A stretch of 64,000 nucleotides of DNA, taken from contig NC_087245.1 in NCBI RefSeq assembly GCF_037042905.1, forward strand, positions 34,908,001 to 34,972,000, read 5' to 3'. Made by a program: the position numbers and the translations under genes. A model generated the notes under the pieces. The model saw only the letters and a list, made by a program, of their open reading frames with translations, searched no databases and was not told the DNA's origin. The stretch comes from Lytechinus pictus (taxonomy: Eukaryota). This document shows, piece after piece, positions 50,502 to 64,000 of the stretch (its first letter is position 1; each line of letters opens with the position of its first letter).

Positions 50502-50882
50502 CCGTGTTTACACGCTGCACCGGCTCGTGGTGCAGATCCGCGAGCCAGTGCAGACTCGCCTTTTTCATGTGTATAAACGCGATTACCTTGCCCCCGGCTC
50601 ACGGGTCAGACATTGCAATTTTGGTCCGCCAAAATGCCAAAATAGTAGGATCAGACTTGCGAGCCAGTGCAGACACTGCAATATTTCTCTGTGTAAACAC
50701 GAAGTCAAGTCTTAGAACTGCGGCAATTAGTGCGTGTTTCATGACGTAAATTTTATCCACTGATCTTTGTTTTGGCCCCGCGAGCTGGGGCAGCGTGAAA
50801 ACGCGACACAGGATAATCCGCGAGCCGAGTCTTCACCGGCTGTCGGGTCTGCACCGCGAGCCGGGGCAGTGTGTAAACACGG
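50502..50882. mobile_element. MITE with ~40-bp TIRs and TA TSD
   Basis: ccgtgtttacacgctgcaccggctcgtggtgcaga / tctgcaccgcgagccggggcagtgtgtaaacacgg, flanked by TA. Confidence 0.8.
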
Positions 50883-51217
50883 TAGTAGTGTACCAAAAGA
50901 TAAATACTCACAAGTTGGTAGTACTGTTTGCAAATTGCATGAATTTTCACAAGATTTCTATGTGAAGGTCGGAAGGAATTTCGCAATTAGGAAATTCACC
51001 CTAGTAATTAGTAGGTTTGCTAATTTGAAATTTACAGTCTTCGGGATCACAATTGCCAATATTGCTTTCTGATTTCTTTCAAACTTTCTCCATTCTGCTT
51101 TACTAATTTTTCTCCTCTCTGATTACCAAGGTTTGATTCCCCTTTAGTAATCTTTTTTTTTGAAATTTGCTCCCCAATGAAAGATGCACACAGGGCATGT
51201 GTCCCTTACAACCCCAG

Positions 51218-51488
51218 GGGCCCGTCTTACAAAGAGTTGCAATCGATCCGATCAATCACAACTATGGACTGCCAGCAACGTCAACATCTAAAATGCATGA
51301 ATCGTCAAAATGTTTTCTAGATATGACGTAAATTACATAAAGTCTTTGTTTTCATGACAATTTGGTGTGTTCGCCTTTGTTTACAAAGGACATTTTGAAA
51401 ATTTTATGTAGAACAAATTATGACACTGATGGATTTAGATAGAGTTACGATTGATTGGATCAATCGTAACTCTTCATAAGACTGGGCC
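51218..51488. mobile_element. Harbinger-type MITE (same family as 33906-34182)
   Basis: gggcccgtcttacaaagagtt ... aactcttcataagactgggcc, TSD CAG/CAG. Confidence 0.8.
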
Positions 51489-53051
51489 CAGATATACCAC
51501 TGTCCAACACAGATGTTGAAATCTATGAGACTTACTTCCATCAAGGATCCTATGAGACTATGAGTACTTTCACCTTGCTAAAGCAAAACTGCTAATATAA
51601 TTGCTGTATATATACCGACATGCAACACATTTACAAATAACAACCTGAAAGTATGCTGCAACTGAATTTTCTTTCCAATTCTACTTCCGGCATCATGTGA
51701 TGTAATGTGATCAGGTTGTTTTTCCAGTTTCACTTTTTTAGACAATGTCATAGAAATTAATAAAATCTCTAAAGTTCTCTACATATAGCCCTATACAGGT
51801 GTGTAATAGTACCCAGAATACCTGTGATTGTGTATACACTCATTTGTGTAGGAGCATTATAACACAGTCACATGACTGATAATACATCCTGTCTGAGCCA
51901 GCCTAAATAATTCTGATAAGCCTGACATTGAGGCTAATTGCCACCTTTTTTTCTGTCAAGTACATTCAGTCTGTTTGTTTCAATACTTGAGGACTTGATT
52001 TTGGGATTTGAGTCAACAGTTTGTTAATATGTCTACCACGGAATAGCGTGATCTCTACTTTACTCTTGCTAATTGTCCATGTAATTTGTGACGTACATGT
52101 ATCATTCAAAGTGCTTATACTGTACCGGTACTATTAAAGGAAGTGTGGTTTTATTCAAGGAAACAAATTGGATTGTGAGTCAAATTGGATGGGGAGTTTT
52201 CTCTGCTCGTGCTGTTTCGTTTTGAAGGATATGTTTCCATGGATATTCAGAGATTTTTCGTAGTTGCACCTTCTAAATTGTGCATGGAACCTCATCCTTG
52301 ATGTGAATCAAATGTACTGCAAATGCATTGAAGATCTAGCAGATCAAAATGTCTTACAAGAATAGTGGGCATCATCGTTTCTGTTTTTCAAACAGCAAAA
52401 AGGATTTCAACATGAAGTGTTGGAATATTTTGTGCTTTTGGATTAAAATAATTGAATTTAGTTCTTTTTCTTCACTTATCATATTCACGTGACAATGAGA
52501 GTCATAAGCATTGGAAAATATTTTGCACTCTGCATTTCTTATAATTTTTCATTGAACCTGAATATGTTTATTTTGTGATTATTTTGATTTGCTTGACTTT
52601 TGATAATGATAGCTGCGAACCCCATTGTTGTATCTTTTAGCTGTCTTGTTACTTATTGTCAATTATTGTAGATTGCGGTGAGTTAATTAGATATTGTTAT
52701 GGCAACATTCAGAGTGCATTTGATGGGCTTGCCTTTTGGAGTGTTTATGACCTTAATTGTAAAATCTTTAATATAATTTCTTGTTGGGCAAGCATTTTTT
52801 TTTTTTACAGTGAATATAAAAAAGATGTTTTTTAGGGGGGTTGTTACATATATTTACAATATTCAATCATTAGTGTGATAGATTATTATTGTTATAAAAA
52901 GGGAACATATCCATGATTTTTTATAGTGGGGGGGGGGGGGCCCTTATTCATGTTTGATCATTCCCTTTCAATTTACCTGAGAAGTATTGTTTTGTCTGGA
53001 TGGGTCATTGTCAAGGTGATTGTAACGAGATATTATTTGGATTATGACTAA

Positions 53052-53572
53052 GGCTGCGTTTATCCGACCTCAAGCCAGAATCGTGATTTGAATCATGATT
53101 GGAATCATGATTCAAATCACAAACATGAATCACAATTACTACAGAATCAGGGTTTAGACGACCTTCGTTCCAACGCTGTTTCTCCTCGGATTCGGACCGA
53201 TCCAGTGCGCATCACAGTGCGCAGTTTGACCCAGGAAGTATAGGTCAACGTTGGACACTTAATTGGAGGTCGGCGACGTACATGTGATGTGACAACGTGG
53301 GGCGCGCGCCTTGGCAAGAACCGGAAATAGCTCGACACAATGACGTCATATAATCATGATTCAAATCACGATATCGTTTATCCGAACATTTTCGTACGTG
53401 ATTCTGCAGAAACGTCTTTCCAAACGCCCTTTTTTTCGTAGTTCATGTTTGTGATTCTAATCATGATTATATTCAATTTCGACTAAACGCAATCGTGATT
53501 CTGCAGAATCGTGATTTGAATCATGATTGGAATCATGATTATAGGGTAAAAAAGTGGCGGATAAACGCACCC
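53052..53572. mobile_element. Harbinger-type MITE (family of 30459-31223)
   Basis: ggctgcgtttatccg ... cggataaacgcaccc, TSD TAA/TAA. Confidence 0.85.
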
Positions 53573-56149
53573 TAAGCATGCTATGTATCTATAATATGGG
53601 CTTACCCTTGGGGGAAGATTACTGATATGTTTCAACCAAAGGAGTTAAACAAGGTTATCCTTGGAAGAGATCATTGTCCTCTACAGTCTACGTTGTGATA
53701 CTGGATATAAAGGCATTAGTAGTAAATTCTTCTTTTTAATTAGGGCAGTAATATTTTGGAAATCTAAAAAAAAAGGGGGGGGGGGAGGGCTAATTTATGT
53801 CAATGATTTAGATATATCTGCCTGATTTGCTAGTTGTTGATTATCATCAACTTGCTATTATAGCCTGTATAAATTGTATACAAAATTCTTGCGCCTAGCG
53901 ACAACTCACTTACCAACACAGTTCCCATCATCCTTTGCATGACTTCCGCATAGCAGTCTTCCTTTTCGTATTATGCTACCCATGGAGTAACATTACATGT
54001 AACTCCTAATCATTTATCCACCTCTTATGAATAGATATTCTTGCATATTTATGCCAGTGGCTGAACTGGGAATATACTTTGCACCACTTAAATAGATAAC
54101 AACTCATGTTAGCCGAACCTGACTACACTTACTATTTATGACAAAACTTGGATTGATAGGTTTTCGTATTAGTGCTGAAAAAAGGCTCATATGTGTTCAT
54201 TTGACCATTTCTCATGAAATTTTTGCCAGTTTTATATAATAAATGCTAGTTTACGATTTTAAAATTAGATACAATATGATTTGGTTATTTTCATATCCTG
54301 CTATTTTAAATTGCCTGTAGCATTTATTTGAGACACACTGTATGTGTAATGACATGTGTACGTCATTCGGATTTTATCTGAAAAGAAAGAAACCATTCTT
54401 TTCATATATAAAAACCTTGTTGGCTTACCTCAAACAAAATAACCCTATTTGTGGTTGCTGTTGTGGTATATTGAACATATAGGCCCGAATTCACAAAGGT
54501 GGACTAAAGTTATACCCGGGGTATAAAACGCGTCATTTGACGTCATTTTAATCCATGGACTAAAGTTAGCACCTAGGGGCTAACTTTTGCGATTCACAAA
54601 GGTCGACTAAAGTTATACCGGGGTATAAAACGCGTCATTTGACGTCACGACTTAGTCAGCTCTTTGGGGTGGACTAAATCGGTGGGTTAAAGTTAGTCCA
54701 CTGTTTTAACCAATCAGAGAGCAGCATTTCGATTGCGGAAAAGTTTGCTGCAAGAAAAAAGTTTTTTTGGCAGAGACGAGATTCGGTGTGATCGGCTTAT
54801 CTAAAGCTTCATATTTCACGACTTCGACCGAGATTGTAAGTAAATTACATAATTTTTGGAGCTTAAATCATGACGGAGCCTTCAGTTCCATCTGTAACTA
54901 TTATTGATAGCTTTAACTTTCCAAAAGGTATACTCGAAAACTTGAAATGGTATCTGAATCATTGTTATCGTCGCGTCTCTAAGCTGCTCAGTCCCAGCCA
55001 TGTACTTTTGTGTGCGTTCATATCTATGAGCATTGCAGTGCGAGACGCAATTAGCGTACACTACACAGGCCAGGTAGGCGTGATTGAAAGGTCGATACTA
55101 TTTGCTAGTTATGTCAGGCAGTGATTTTCGATTTCGTGTGATTTTCATGGAATTTTTATTGTCTACGATACCCCTGCCACTCCTCCTGGCCTTGCCAACA
55201 CAGCTACTACTGTGCATCTAATTTTGTCTGAGACTGAAGCAAGGCCAAGGCAAGTCCAGGAGAGCAGCAATACAAATAAGTTTTTTTTAAACACTACAAT
55301 ACAGAGCCGGTCTAACTTAGACATTCTACTCTGGGCTGGCTTTGTCTTGGCTTGGATAGATGGTCAAGCTATGAAGCTTACCTGGTAGCCATGTTAGAGT
55401 TAGTCCTACAACATCGTTGGAGTAAAACAAATATTTTAATAAGGGTCAACTCTAACTTAAGGCTAAGCCCTGATTAAATTATTTTTTGAAAAAATATTTA
55501 ATAAACTAAGATTGGGTTCCACTCACCGCTGTTTACTCCAACAGCTATAAATGAGCTGATTTTACTTTTACTAAAACTAAGTTTTACTGACCTTTGGCAT
55601 TGCATTTGCGATCACTTATAGATTTACGGTGTCGTCAAAACATTAAAAAATAATGGAAATCCTAGGCCTAATTGATTATTTGAGTAGATCTAACTGAGGT
55701 CTAACTTTGAAAATTCTCTCGTTTGGGGGTTATTATAAACTCTACCCCACCCTCTTTGTTTCAAGTATTTTTTTTTCACAAGGAGTCCCAATGTTATATT
55801 CACATGAGACCACAGACAAGTGCATTTGATCTTCAGTCCTCTACATTTGTAGTAGACCGATAAATAGGTTTATTTCTGTCAGGGATATGCTCCCCTGAGA
55901 TTTCATGTGGCTCCGCAGCATCCCGTCCCACCAAAAAAAAAATCAGAAAATGTTGAAAGACTCCTCTGAAACAGCGGATTTTATCAATCTACATTTGTAG
56001 CTGCTTTATTATTTTTTTCTTTGATATACAGTACCTTGACATTGCAGTATGATTGATGAATAAATATTTTTTTCATTATTTTTTTTCTTCCATATCAGCA
56101 ACAGACCATACATACTCGGCAGATTGTGCTCAATCCAGACAAAGCAAAC

Positions 56150-58935
56150 ATGGCTCACAATTTTGAACTGCTGTGCCGTCTTGCAAGAGAGTGAGGTATG
56201 TCTTATCAATTCATATTAAAAAAAAATTAAATGTCATTAAAATGGCCTTTTTTAATAAAATATTATTTCTGGGATTTGAATTCATCATGTAATTGTAAAT
56301 GTATCATGTGACATGTATGTTACTTTTTCATTCTTGTCATAGTAATTGACAAAAAAGAAGAGGGGGGGGGGACCTTGCTTGTGTGTTATTAACATATATA
56401 TTTGTCTACTGGTCACTTTGACACTAGGCTTGTTGATCTCCAATTAATCCTGACATTTTGTTGAATATTTATTTAAAAGAGAGAAAGAAAGCATTGTCAG
56501 TCTGATGAATGCCAGGGAGGGGGGGTAGAAAAAAAGGTTTAATGAGACTTTGATGAAGATTCATGAAAATATGTTATTCGAAAGTCACTCGCAAGCAATA
56601 ACCTCTATTTGTGTAAACAAAGTTCCATAAAATTAGTGCCTTGCCTTCATTATTAAAGCCAATTGAAAGTGATTCAGTAAATCAGTTTTCATAGAAGCAT
56701 CTCTATGACGTGCATGGTTTGATCAATGATGATGATCAGCAACAATTGGCAGGTTTTTTTTCTTCACTTTTACAAGTAGGTAAATAGAAAAGCTACTCAT
56801 GTCAATTAGAATTTTAATCCTATCTTTTTTTAAGGATTTCTGTATAATCTTTCACATTCTGTCCCTCATTTTAAACACTTTTGAATTAAATGAAATTCAA
56901 AGAGTAAATTGCCCATTCATGGTGACTCTTAAACGCAATCTTTTAACTTCCATGCAGATTCAGCAACACATACAAAGACCACAGCATGGATTAAGAAACA
57001 GGAAGAATCCATTTGAATAATACGAGGATGAACCTCTCAGAGTGGGGTACCAACAGAGACAACCACACATTGCCTGTCATGTTACAGGTTTTGACAGGAC
57101 TTTGTTTTATGTCATTGGTGAGTTTTCATGTGCGAACTATAAAGCAGAGGGTAATGGGGGGGGGGGGGGGGTCAAATTATGTTCTATGAAAGTGATTTTC
57201 CAGGCCAAAAATGATGAGATTTTGATAAAGAACAATTCGACTAGCAAAAACCATCAATATTGGATGGAGAATTATGAATTGATTCAGTTTTAAAGTTTTA
57301 CATAACTTGGGGGAAACAGTTCTGTGTATCTCATATGCAATATTCATATCCCCACTTGTTCTCTAGTGATCTGAAATCATAATCATTAATTTTTTTCCTC
57401 CAGGAATGTAAAAATGGGGTTGACTGCTGATTATATATTTAAGATAGTTATTGCGAGTTCAGAATAATGTAAGGATCAATGATTGGAAGTATCTAGTCAT
57501 GAAAATTAAGTTTTATGTTTTGCTTAGCATGCAGATTTTCCATTGAGTAATTGTCGCCAGAGCAAATATCATGGAACCCTTGTACATTCATGTGTGGAAA
57601 ATGTGTGGATGTGACATCATCAGGCTATTTCTTGCATATTCATGGAAACATGCACATGTTTCACAGAAATAATTAATGCAAATCCTAATATTCATTATTA
57701 ATCATCCAAAGTGTATGATTTTTGTTTCTGCTTTCAGCCAGGAGTACTAGTAACCCCTTACAGGGGAGGGGGAGTGTTGGGGGTATTTCACAGAAAGGTT
57801 TTTGTCGGAATGAAGCACGTAACCCTTTGGGTTGGAAATAGGTGGGGATTTTATTTTTCTCTCATTTTTTACAATGTAGCAACATTTTTTTAAATACAAA
57901 ATGTCATATTCAAGTGGGAAATTATCATGAAGGATGATTTATAACCACTCAAAAAGAAATATTGGTATGTCATTTCAGCTAGAGAGATATTCTCCATTTT
58001 GCATGGATTGTTATTGCAGTAGAGTTTTTTTTTAATGAATTGAAGAAAAATCTCTTTAAGCAGTTCCAGTGCATCATAAACATCAGGTCATAACAGAAGC
58101 ACAATGTTTGCAAACGTAAATGGTAAAGTATCAATTGGCTTTCATATCAATAAACCAATTACATAACATCACTTATCATACGATAACTAAAGGTACCTTT
58201 TAGAAGATGCAAGCAGACGAAGCAACTATATCACAGTCATCCGTGTGCAGAATCATCAAAGATTTTTCTGAGGCAATAGCAAGGAGTAACAGTGAATAAA
58301 GTTTCCAATGACGAGAAATTCAAACCACCCAGTGACAATTTGATGATTGCTACAGGTTTCCAAGAGTCATAGGTGCTATCGATTGGGGCCAATCCAGGCC
58401 ATGTCTACATCAGGAGTCCTGATGGGGAACAAGCCCTGTACTTAGCAGGAAGAACAGGTCTTCTGTAAATGTATAGGTTGGTATACTCATTCAGTTTTCA
58501 ATGTGATATTCTCTGTATTCAACACCTACTAGAGGTATGTGATAATGAAGAAAAAATATATTGGCCCCTACTACATGTCTTTTACTGTCTTTTATCAAGT
58601 TTCAATGTTGTTGGTCAAATTTTTTTCTAATTTTATACTTTTAATATGTGAAATAAGACAATTTCAAAGATTTCACTGAAGAAAAAAAATATAGATAATC
58701 TGCTAACTTTCCTATTGCAGGAGAAATGAACAATAGAAAAAATGCATTTTGCTTATTCAGGTAAAGGATGTATTAATTGCTTGATCAACGAAGATATATT
58801 TCCAGAAAGAATACCGAAGAGCAAATTTTCTAATATTCATTTTGTTTTGATCCTTATTGCAGGTATCCGTTGCTCCTCTCTTTGATGAATTCCTGCCTGC
58901 ATTCTGTTGTCAATAGAAAAGGACGGTGTGCTACG
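56150..58935 (+). pseudogene. Intron-split Harbinger/HARBI1-like (DDE_Tnp_4) transposase pseudogene
   Basis: Exon remnants: 56958-57117 RPQHGLRNRKNPFE*YEDE..YRF; 58193-58476 GTF*..ISQSSVCRIIKDFSEAIAR..KFP..FPRVIGAID..GHVYIRSPDGEQALY..RKNRSSVNV*; 58863- (G)YPLL.SLM; possible first exon 56099-56195. Contains stops and frameshifts. Confidence 0.8.
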
Positions 58936-59782
58936 GGTATTAAGCATTCCATTGGATTATCTGTGCATGAAAGTGGACACTTGTGATAAAAATATGGTAG
59001 CTTGGTTGATAGGATGTATTCATGCATTCCGATTTATCATTAGTGATCAAATGACCATCTTGCTTCTTAAATCCCAAAATCACAACATTTTTCTTGTTTG
59101 ACAAAAGGTTTGGGACGTGAATTCCAGGATATAAATGACACACATGATGGGCTAATGTATAAGCAGGGACACGAGAGGTATAAGCAACATTTTTTTTTGC
59201 TTAATTAAGTTTGGCATGAGATGGACTTGGTCTTTTTTATGATTCAAGTCGATTTTATACCAAGTTTGTTTTAATCAACAATCAATGTTTGAAGCCTCAT
59301 GATTTCAATTTTAAAACCTCTTTGTTAATTAAACAGTCATTTTTCTTAGCATATGCAGCTTCTTAATTTATCAAATTTAAATTATAAAATGTCATTTTTG
59401 CTGAATATCCTTTTTTCCACCTATTTTCATAGACCCTAAGATACATTTCTGTAGTAAGCACTATAAATACATTGCAAGCTATTATCATTTGTTTGATATT
59501 ACTATTTTATAGAATCATCCTTTAATTTCTTTCAGAAATATATTTGACAAATTACTTGTGATATTCATGCTTTAGCTGTAGAGTTTAAAATCTTCATTAA
59601 ACTTTTTTTAATCCATTGTTTATCTATTTTTATTCAGAGTTTCTGATGCATTGTTAAGAAAACGTAAACAGTCTATTCAATCTTCGTATCATTATGTAAA
59701 GAATATCAATCTACCTTAAAAAGTAATGCACTAAATAAACTGCTCTGTCTACTACACATGTACATATAAGTTTTGATTTTAA

Positions 59783-60349
59783 AGGTCAAGTCCTCCCCAG
59801 AAAAAATTAGATTTGAATTAATAGAAAAAAATCAACCGAGCATAATGCTGAAAATTTCATCAAAATCGGTTGTAAAATAGGAACGTTATGACATTTTTAG
59901 ATTTGGCTTATTTTTCACAACACAGTTATATGCACAGATCAGTGACATGCAAATGAGACAGTCAATGACGTCCTTCACTATTTCTTTTGTTTTTGTTGCT
60001 TGAATTGTACAATATTTCATTTTTTACAGATTTGACATTGAGGTCCAACTTGATTAAACCAAAATTATAGTATTAAAATAATGCAAATCCCACATGTTCG
60101 GGGGGGGGGGGGGACTAATCTTGGTTTCACTTGACAATGAAGAGAAAATTTGAATATTTCATCTAGTAGAATAAAAAGAAATAGTTTGCATGCCGACTGG
60201 GATGTACATATAAGTGTGTGGTCAAGCGAAACTTTAAAAATGTCATAATTTAATATCTTTACATCAGATTTTGATGAAATTTTCAGTGTTACGCTTGTTG
60301 GGTTTTTCTCTTTTTATTCAAATCAACTTTGTGGGGGTGGACTTGTCCT
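59783..60349. mobile_element. Kolobok-type MITE K1 copy nested in the Harbinger element
   Basis: TTAA aggtcaagtcc ... ggtggacttgtcct. Confidence 0.8.
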
Positions 60350-63300
60350 TTTATATCGTTTTCAAGTAATTGTGTCAGGAGAAAACAAAAATGAAATTCT
60401 TTTATCAATTCTGTCCATATGCTGCATGGTTCATCGTTCTTGCAGGAGGCAAAAAATAAATTTATATAAGAAAGACTTATTTTATTTACTTTCAGATAAA
60501 AATTGTGCTAAGGAGAGATTAAGGTTATGTGTAAGGCAGGGGTGGTGGTAATGGTATGTTGGTTAAGGTTGTTTATGAAGAAAGTCAAGTGATTGCTTGC
60601 TTGTGCAGGAGGATATACTTCAAGAAACTTGTTGTAGGGTATAATGCAAAATTATTATAATATAATTTAATTGAGAGAAAAGTATTTGGCACGTTAAGAT
60701 GCACAATAATGTACATGTGATTGAAGCAAATGTGATTGAAGCAAATGAGAAATGAAAGGAGTAAAGGTAGCTACATGTGTCAATGAAAGAATGGCCAGTG
60801 GTGTTATAGTATAAATCTTTGTTTAAAAGTTATTTTATTTAAGGAAATTTAGTCCGTTCAGTTTGAAAGTATAGAGGGAGGACCATGGACCACTGACCAT
60901 GGAAAAAAGTCCCCCCCCCAAAAAAAAAAAAAAAAATATTATAACCAAGGAAAAAAAAGAAAGGTGAAACACATTTTTTCTGAATATTATGTCAAATCTA
61001 TCACAAAATTGGATATTTGATACTAAAATTTTGGATATTTTTCCTTGCTCGCAATTTTTTATTTTACCCGATACGCCATATATTTAGCCCCCTCAAAATT
61101 TTGGGCCTAATACGTATGCCACTGATATTTCCCCAATTTCAAATATATTATTATGATTGGGTGGAATACCCTTTACACTTATCCAGGGTTGATAAGTCTT
61201 TATTTTTCTGATAAGGAAATTGTGTTTCCTTTAAGGAAAAAAATACTGCAAGCATGGTGAATAGCTTGACCCCCCCCCCCTCCAAAGCAAACTGGAGTAT
61301 ATAGGTTAAGGTTGGGAATAATGCGATTGCATGAGTGACCAGTGAGTGTGGAGGAGCTACTAATGAGTATCTCAGCTCCTTTTAGAGATGTTGGTAGAAC
61401 TGACGTATGGAGTAGGGAGGGGGGGCTTGGGGCTCTTGCCCCCCCTAAAAAAAAAAAAAAAATTCACGACCAAGAAAAAGATCAAAGAAATGAGGGTGAA
61501 ATAGAATATTTTTTTGATATTATGTGAAAATCTAACACAAACTAGAATTTTAATGTCAATTTTGAAAAAATTTTGCTCGCTTAATTTTTTTTTTTTTAAT
61601 CAATTTATCGAGATACACCATATAAAAATACGAGAATAAATAAATGAATTGAAAATATTACTTCGAATGGGAAAGTCAATTCTGAGGGAAAGGAAAAGAG
61701 GCACGCTTGTGGACGCGAGATCAGATCAAGGTCATGTCGCTCCGCTCCACGCGACGCTGGCCCCACCATTTACCAAGTACATAACCCAAACAAAGATTCA
61801 ATTCCATATTTCCATTTTCTATCAAAGCTAGCTCCGGGCAAAGTTCCACCGGACTTCGATAAGGTAGGTAGGATTATACAATCAGATTGGTTATGATTTA
61901 ATTCAAACAAATGTGCACTTGATCTAGATGTAATTGGCGTGTAACTTTAGATTTATTTTTCCGTAGATCTAAGTAACTTCCTCAGGCCTAAAACGCAGTT
62001 ACGGCACGCTATTATAGGCCTAGATCCACGTCAAACTGCACTGTAATACGATGGCGATCGATCTGGACTTCATATTAGACCAAAAAGGCAAAAAAAAACA
62101 AAAAAACTTTGGTCTCTGTCATTGTTCCGCTGGACTCCGTTGCCTCCACTAACCAATTGAGAAATAAGAAATTGAAAAAAAATGTGTAAAACCCCCTCGA
62201 AAAAGCCGGCTGCTGCGCGCAGCTGTCTAAAAAGGTTAAAACTTCATCACGTTGCAGTGCACCTACCGCACGGTACCGTACATTGACGGAGTTTGAACTT
62301 CTCGATACGGTACGATGCTGCAGGCGCAGTCGAGCTAGCTCGCATGCAGGCAGCGCTAACGTTAGTCCGAACCTAAGTTGGTAAATATTAACAAATAAGT
62401 AATGACAATGTTCGTTGTCAACACCTCATTGCTAAGAAATTCAAGTTCATGCTGCTGATACATGATTTTAGGGTTGAGTTCTGCTTCCTAACTCATGTGA
62501 TGCAATGACGACATTTCATATGGCCCTAGCAGACGAAACTCTCAAATACGGCACTGAGCATGCTCAGTACTGCTTTATTACACTGAGCATGCTCAGTGCA
62601 GTGTTATAATAGTATGCTAGCTTCAGTCCATGATTTAATCCATGGACTAAAGTTATGACCGGGGTATAACTCAGCCGTGGGTTAAATTTAGCACCGGGTG
62701 CTAAAGTTAGTCCATGGATTAGTTAGTCCACCGTTTGTGAATAGCGCGGTGGACTAACTTTATACCCCGGTATTAGTTAACCCCCGACTAAATTTAACCC
62801 CGGTATAACTTTAGTCGACCTTTGTGAATTCGGGCCATAATATACATTCAAAATCAGTGCATGGACCATTATGATGATTCTTTTGTTTCTCATATTGTAG
62901 ATAGTATTTCTTTCTCATTTTTTCCACTAAGATGGCCAAGTTCTTTATACATTTGTTGCAAATTTTTCATTTATTGTTAAAAGGGTTAAGCCGACTGTGA
63001 TGGTTATTCTTCCATGCTAAAAGAAAGATTTTAATAGCTGTATTACAAATCCATGTATGATCTCTATGTGAATGGATTCTTTCATTTTGTGGCTTCAAAT
63101 GTATGCTGTGGCTTGTGACTCAATTCAAAGTGAACAAATGTGCACAACCACATGTATGGCAATCACGTCTCACAATTCAAGTACTACATGTGTATCATTC
63201 ATGCTGCCTTTTTGCAAAAGCTTTCACTTTCTTTTTAATATAACTCTGAGTCTGAATAGTATAATGTGAAAGTATGAGATTGCAATATGGTAGTACAGGA

Positions 63301-63760
63301 TACCTGTGTGTGGATTGCTATGGGAACTGCCGGGGGGGGGGGGGGGGGGGGGGCTCAACTACATTGCTGTACACACACATGACCAAATAAACATGTAAAA
63401 AGGGCATTTTTTAGTCTGCTGGGCAAACCCTTCACTCGAGTAAAGGGTCTGAATTGCAGCCTGCTCATGCCTTGTGTACTGAAGGCCCTCTCGCTCTGAA
63501 CTGAAACAGCAAGTTTTGTATGTGCTAGTCTTTGCATGGAGACACACTTCTTGATCAAAGTTTCAATCAGGGTCTGTGCCTGCAGACTAGGCATTTTTTG
63601 CTGATCATGGCACATCACATGCTTAACTTTTTTTCAGGTTATTCTTGTTTAGGGGGCAAATGAGGAGAAAATTTGAATTTTTTCATATTTCATATAATAA
63701 AATACAAAAGAAATAGTGAGTGAGTGATGTCATCAGTTCCCTCATTTGCATACAGACCAG

Positions 63761-63917
63761 GGGAGTGTTTCATCAACATTTTTGTCCGACAAGTTGTCAG
63801 ATCTGACATCTTTCCTTGATGTTGATTGGCTAAGAAGCACTGTTACTATGGCAACTGTCGGATAAAACAGGACTTGTCGGATAAAACGTGTGACAAGTCC
63901 TTTCATGAAACGCTCCC
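63761..63917. mobile_element. Short MITE nested in a partial K1 element (~63660 to window end)
   Basis: TIR gggag(t/c)gtttcat, TSD CAG/CAG. Removing it restores gaccaggatgtgcata, as in the K1 copy at ~44187. Confidence 0.85.
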
Positions 63918-64000
63918 CAGGATGTGCATATTTTATGAAAATAAGCGAAACTTAAACATTTCATAACTTTCTTATTTTACATCCAATTTTGACGAAATTT

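Larger units (their letters stand above)
54482..62836 (+). mobile_element. 8.36-kb PIF/Harbinger DNA transposon with decayed transposase
   Basis: TIR ggcccgaattcacaaaggt(g/c)gactaaagttatacc (34/35), TSD ATA/ATA, subterminal repeats of the TIR motif at both ends, internal HARBI1-like remnants. Confidence 0.9.

Noticed and set aside
57738..58935. Acceptors at 57738, 58721 and 58863 as the next TMCC exon
   Set aside because: In the required phase they hit stops or give transposase-like GYPLL sequence, and they lie inside the transposon.
61640..62400. Second (Myb/MADF) ORF of the Harbinger element
   Set aside because: The region is GC-rich but I could not read a convincing tryptophan-repeat motif in the frames I examined; a profile search is needed.

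Overview
AT-rich, intron-dominated animal genomic DNA. The repeat landscape (DeuSINE, TTAA and 3-bp-TSD MITEs, poly-G tracts) looks like a sea urchin or other marine deuterostome; that assignment is inference. Three phase-compatible + strand exons (CDS 1979-2009, 23185-23310, 50111-50324) splice into the N-terminus of a TMCC1/2/3 (dementin)-like protein. The call rests on GFKGLFH and [12 protein letters not shown] motifs in exon 3, and the gene continues past the window. The introns are packed with transposon-derived sequence: an 8.36-kb PIF/Harbinger element (54482-62836) with near-perfect TIRs, an ATA TSD and a decayed, intron-split HARBI1-like transposase; a palindromic MITE with the same 21-bp terminus; many other Harbinger-type and Kolobok-type MITEs, several nested; an hAT element with an 8-bp TSD; Helentron-like DR1 (AGGTCAAAGGTCA) arrays; SINEs; LINE 3' fragments; a Penelope-type minimal hammerhead ribozyme; and an unusual tRNA-like unit inside direct and inverted repeats. 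Most listed ORFs are spurious. No CRISPR array or prokaryotic system is visible.
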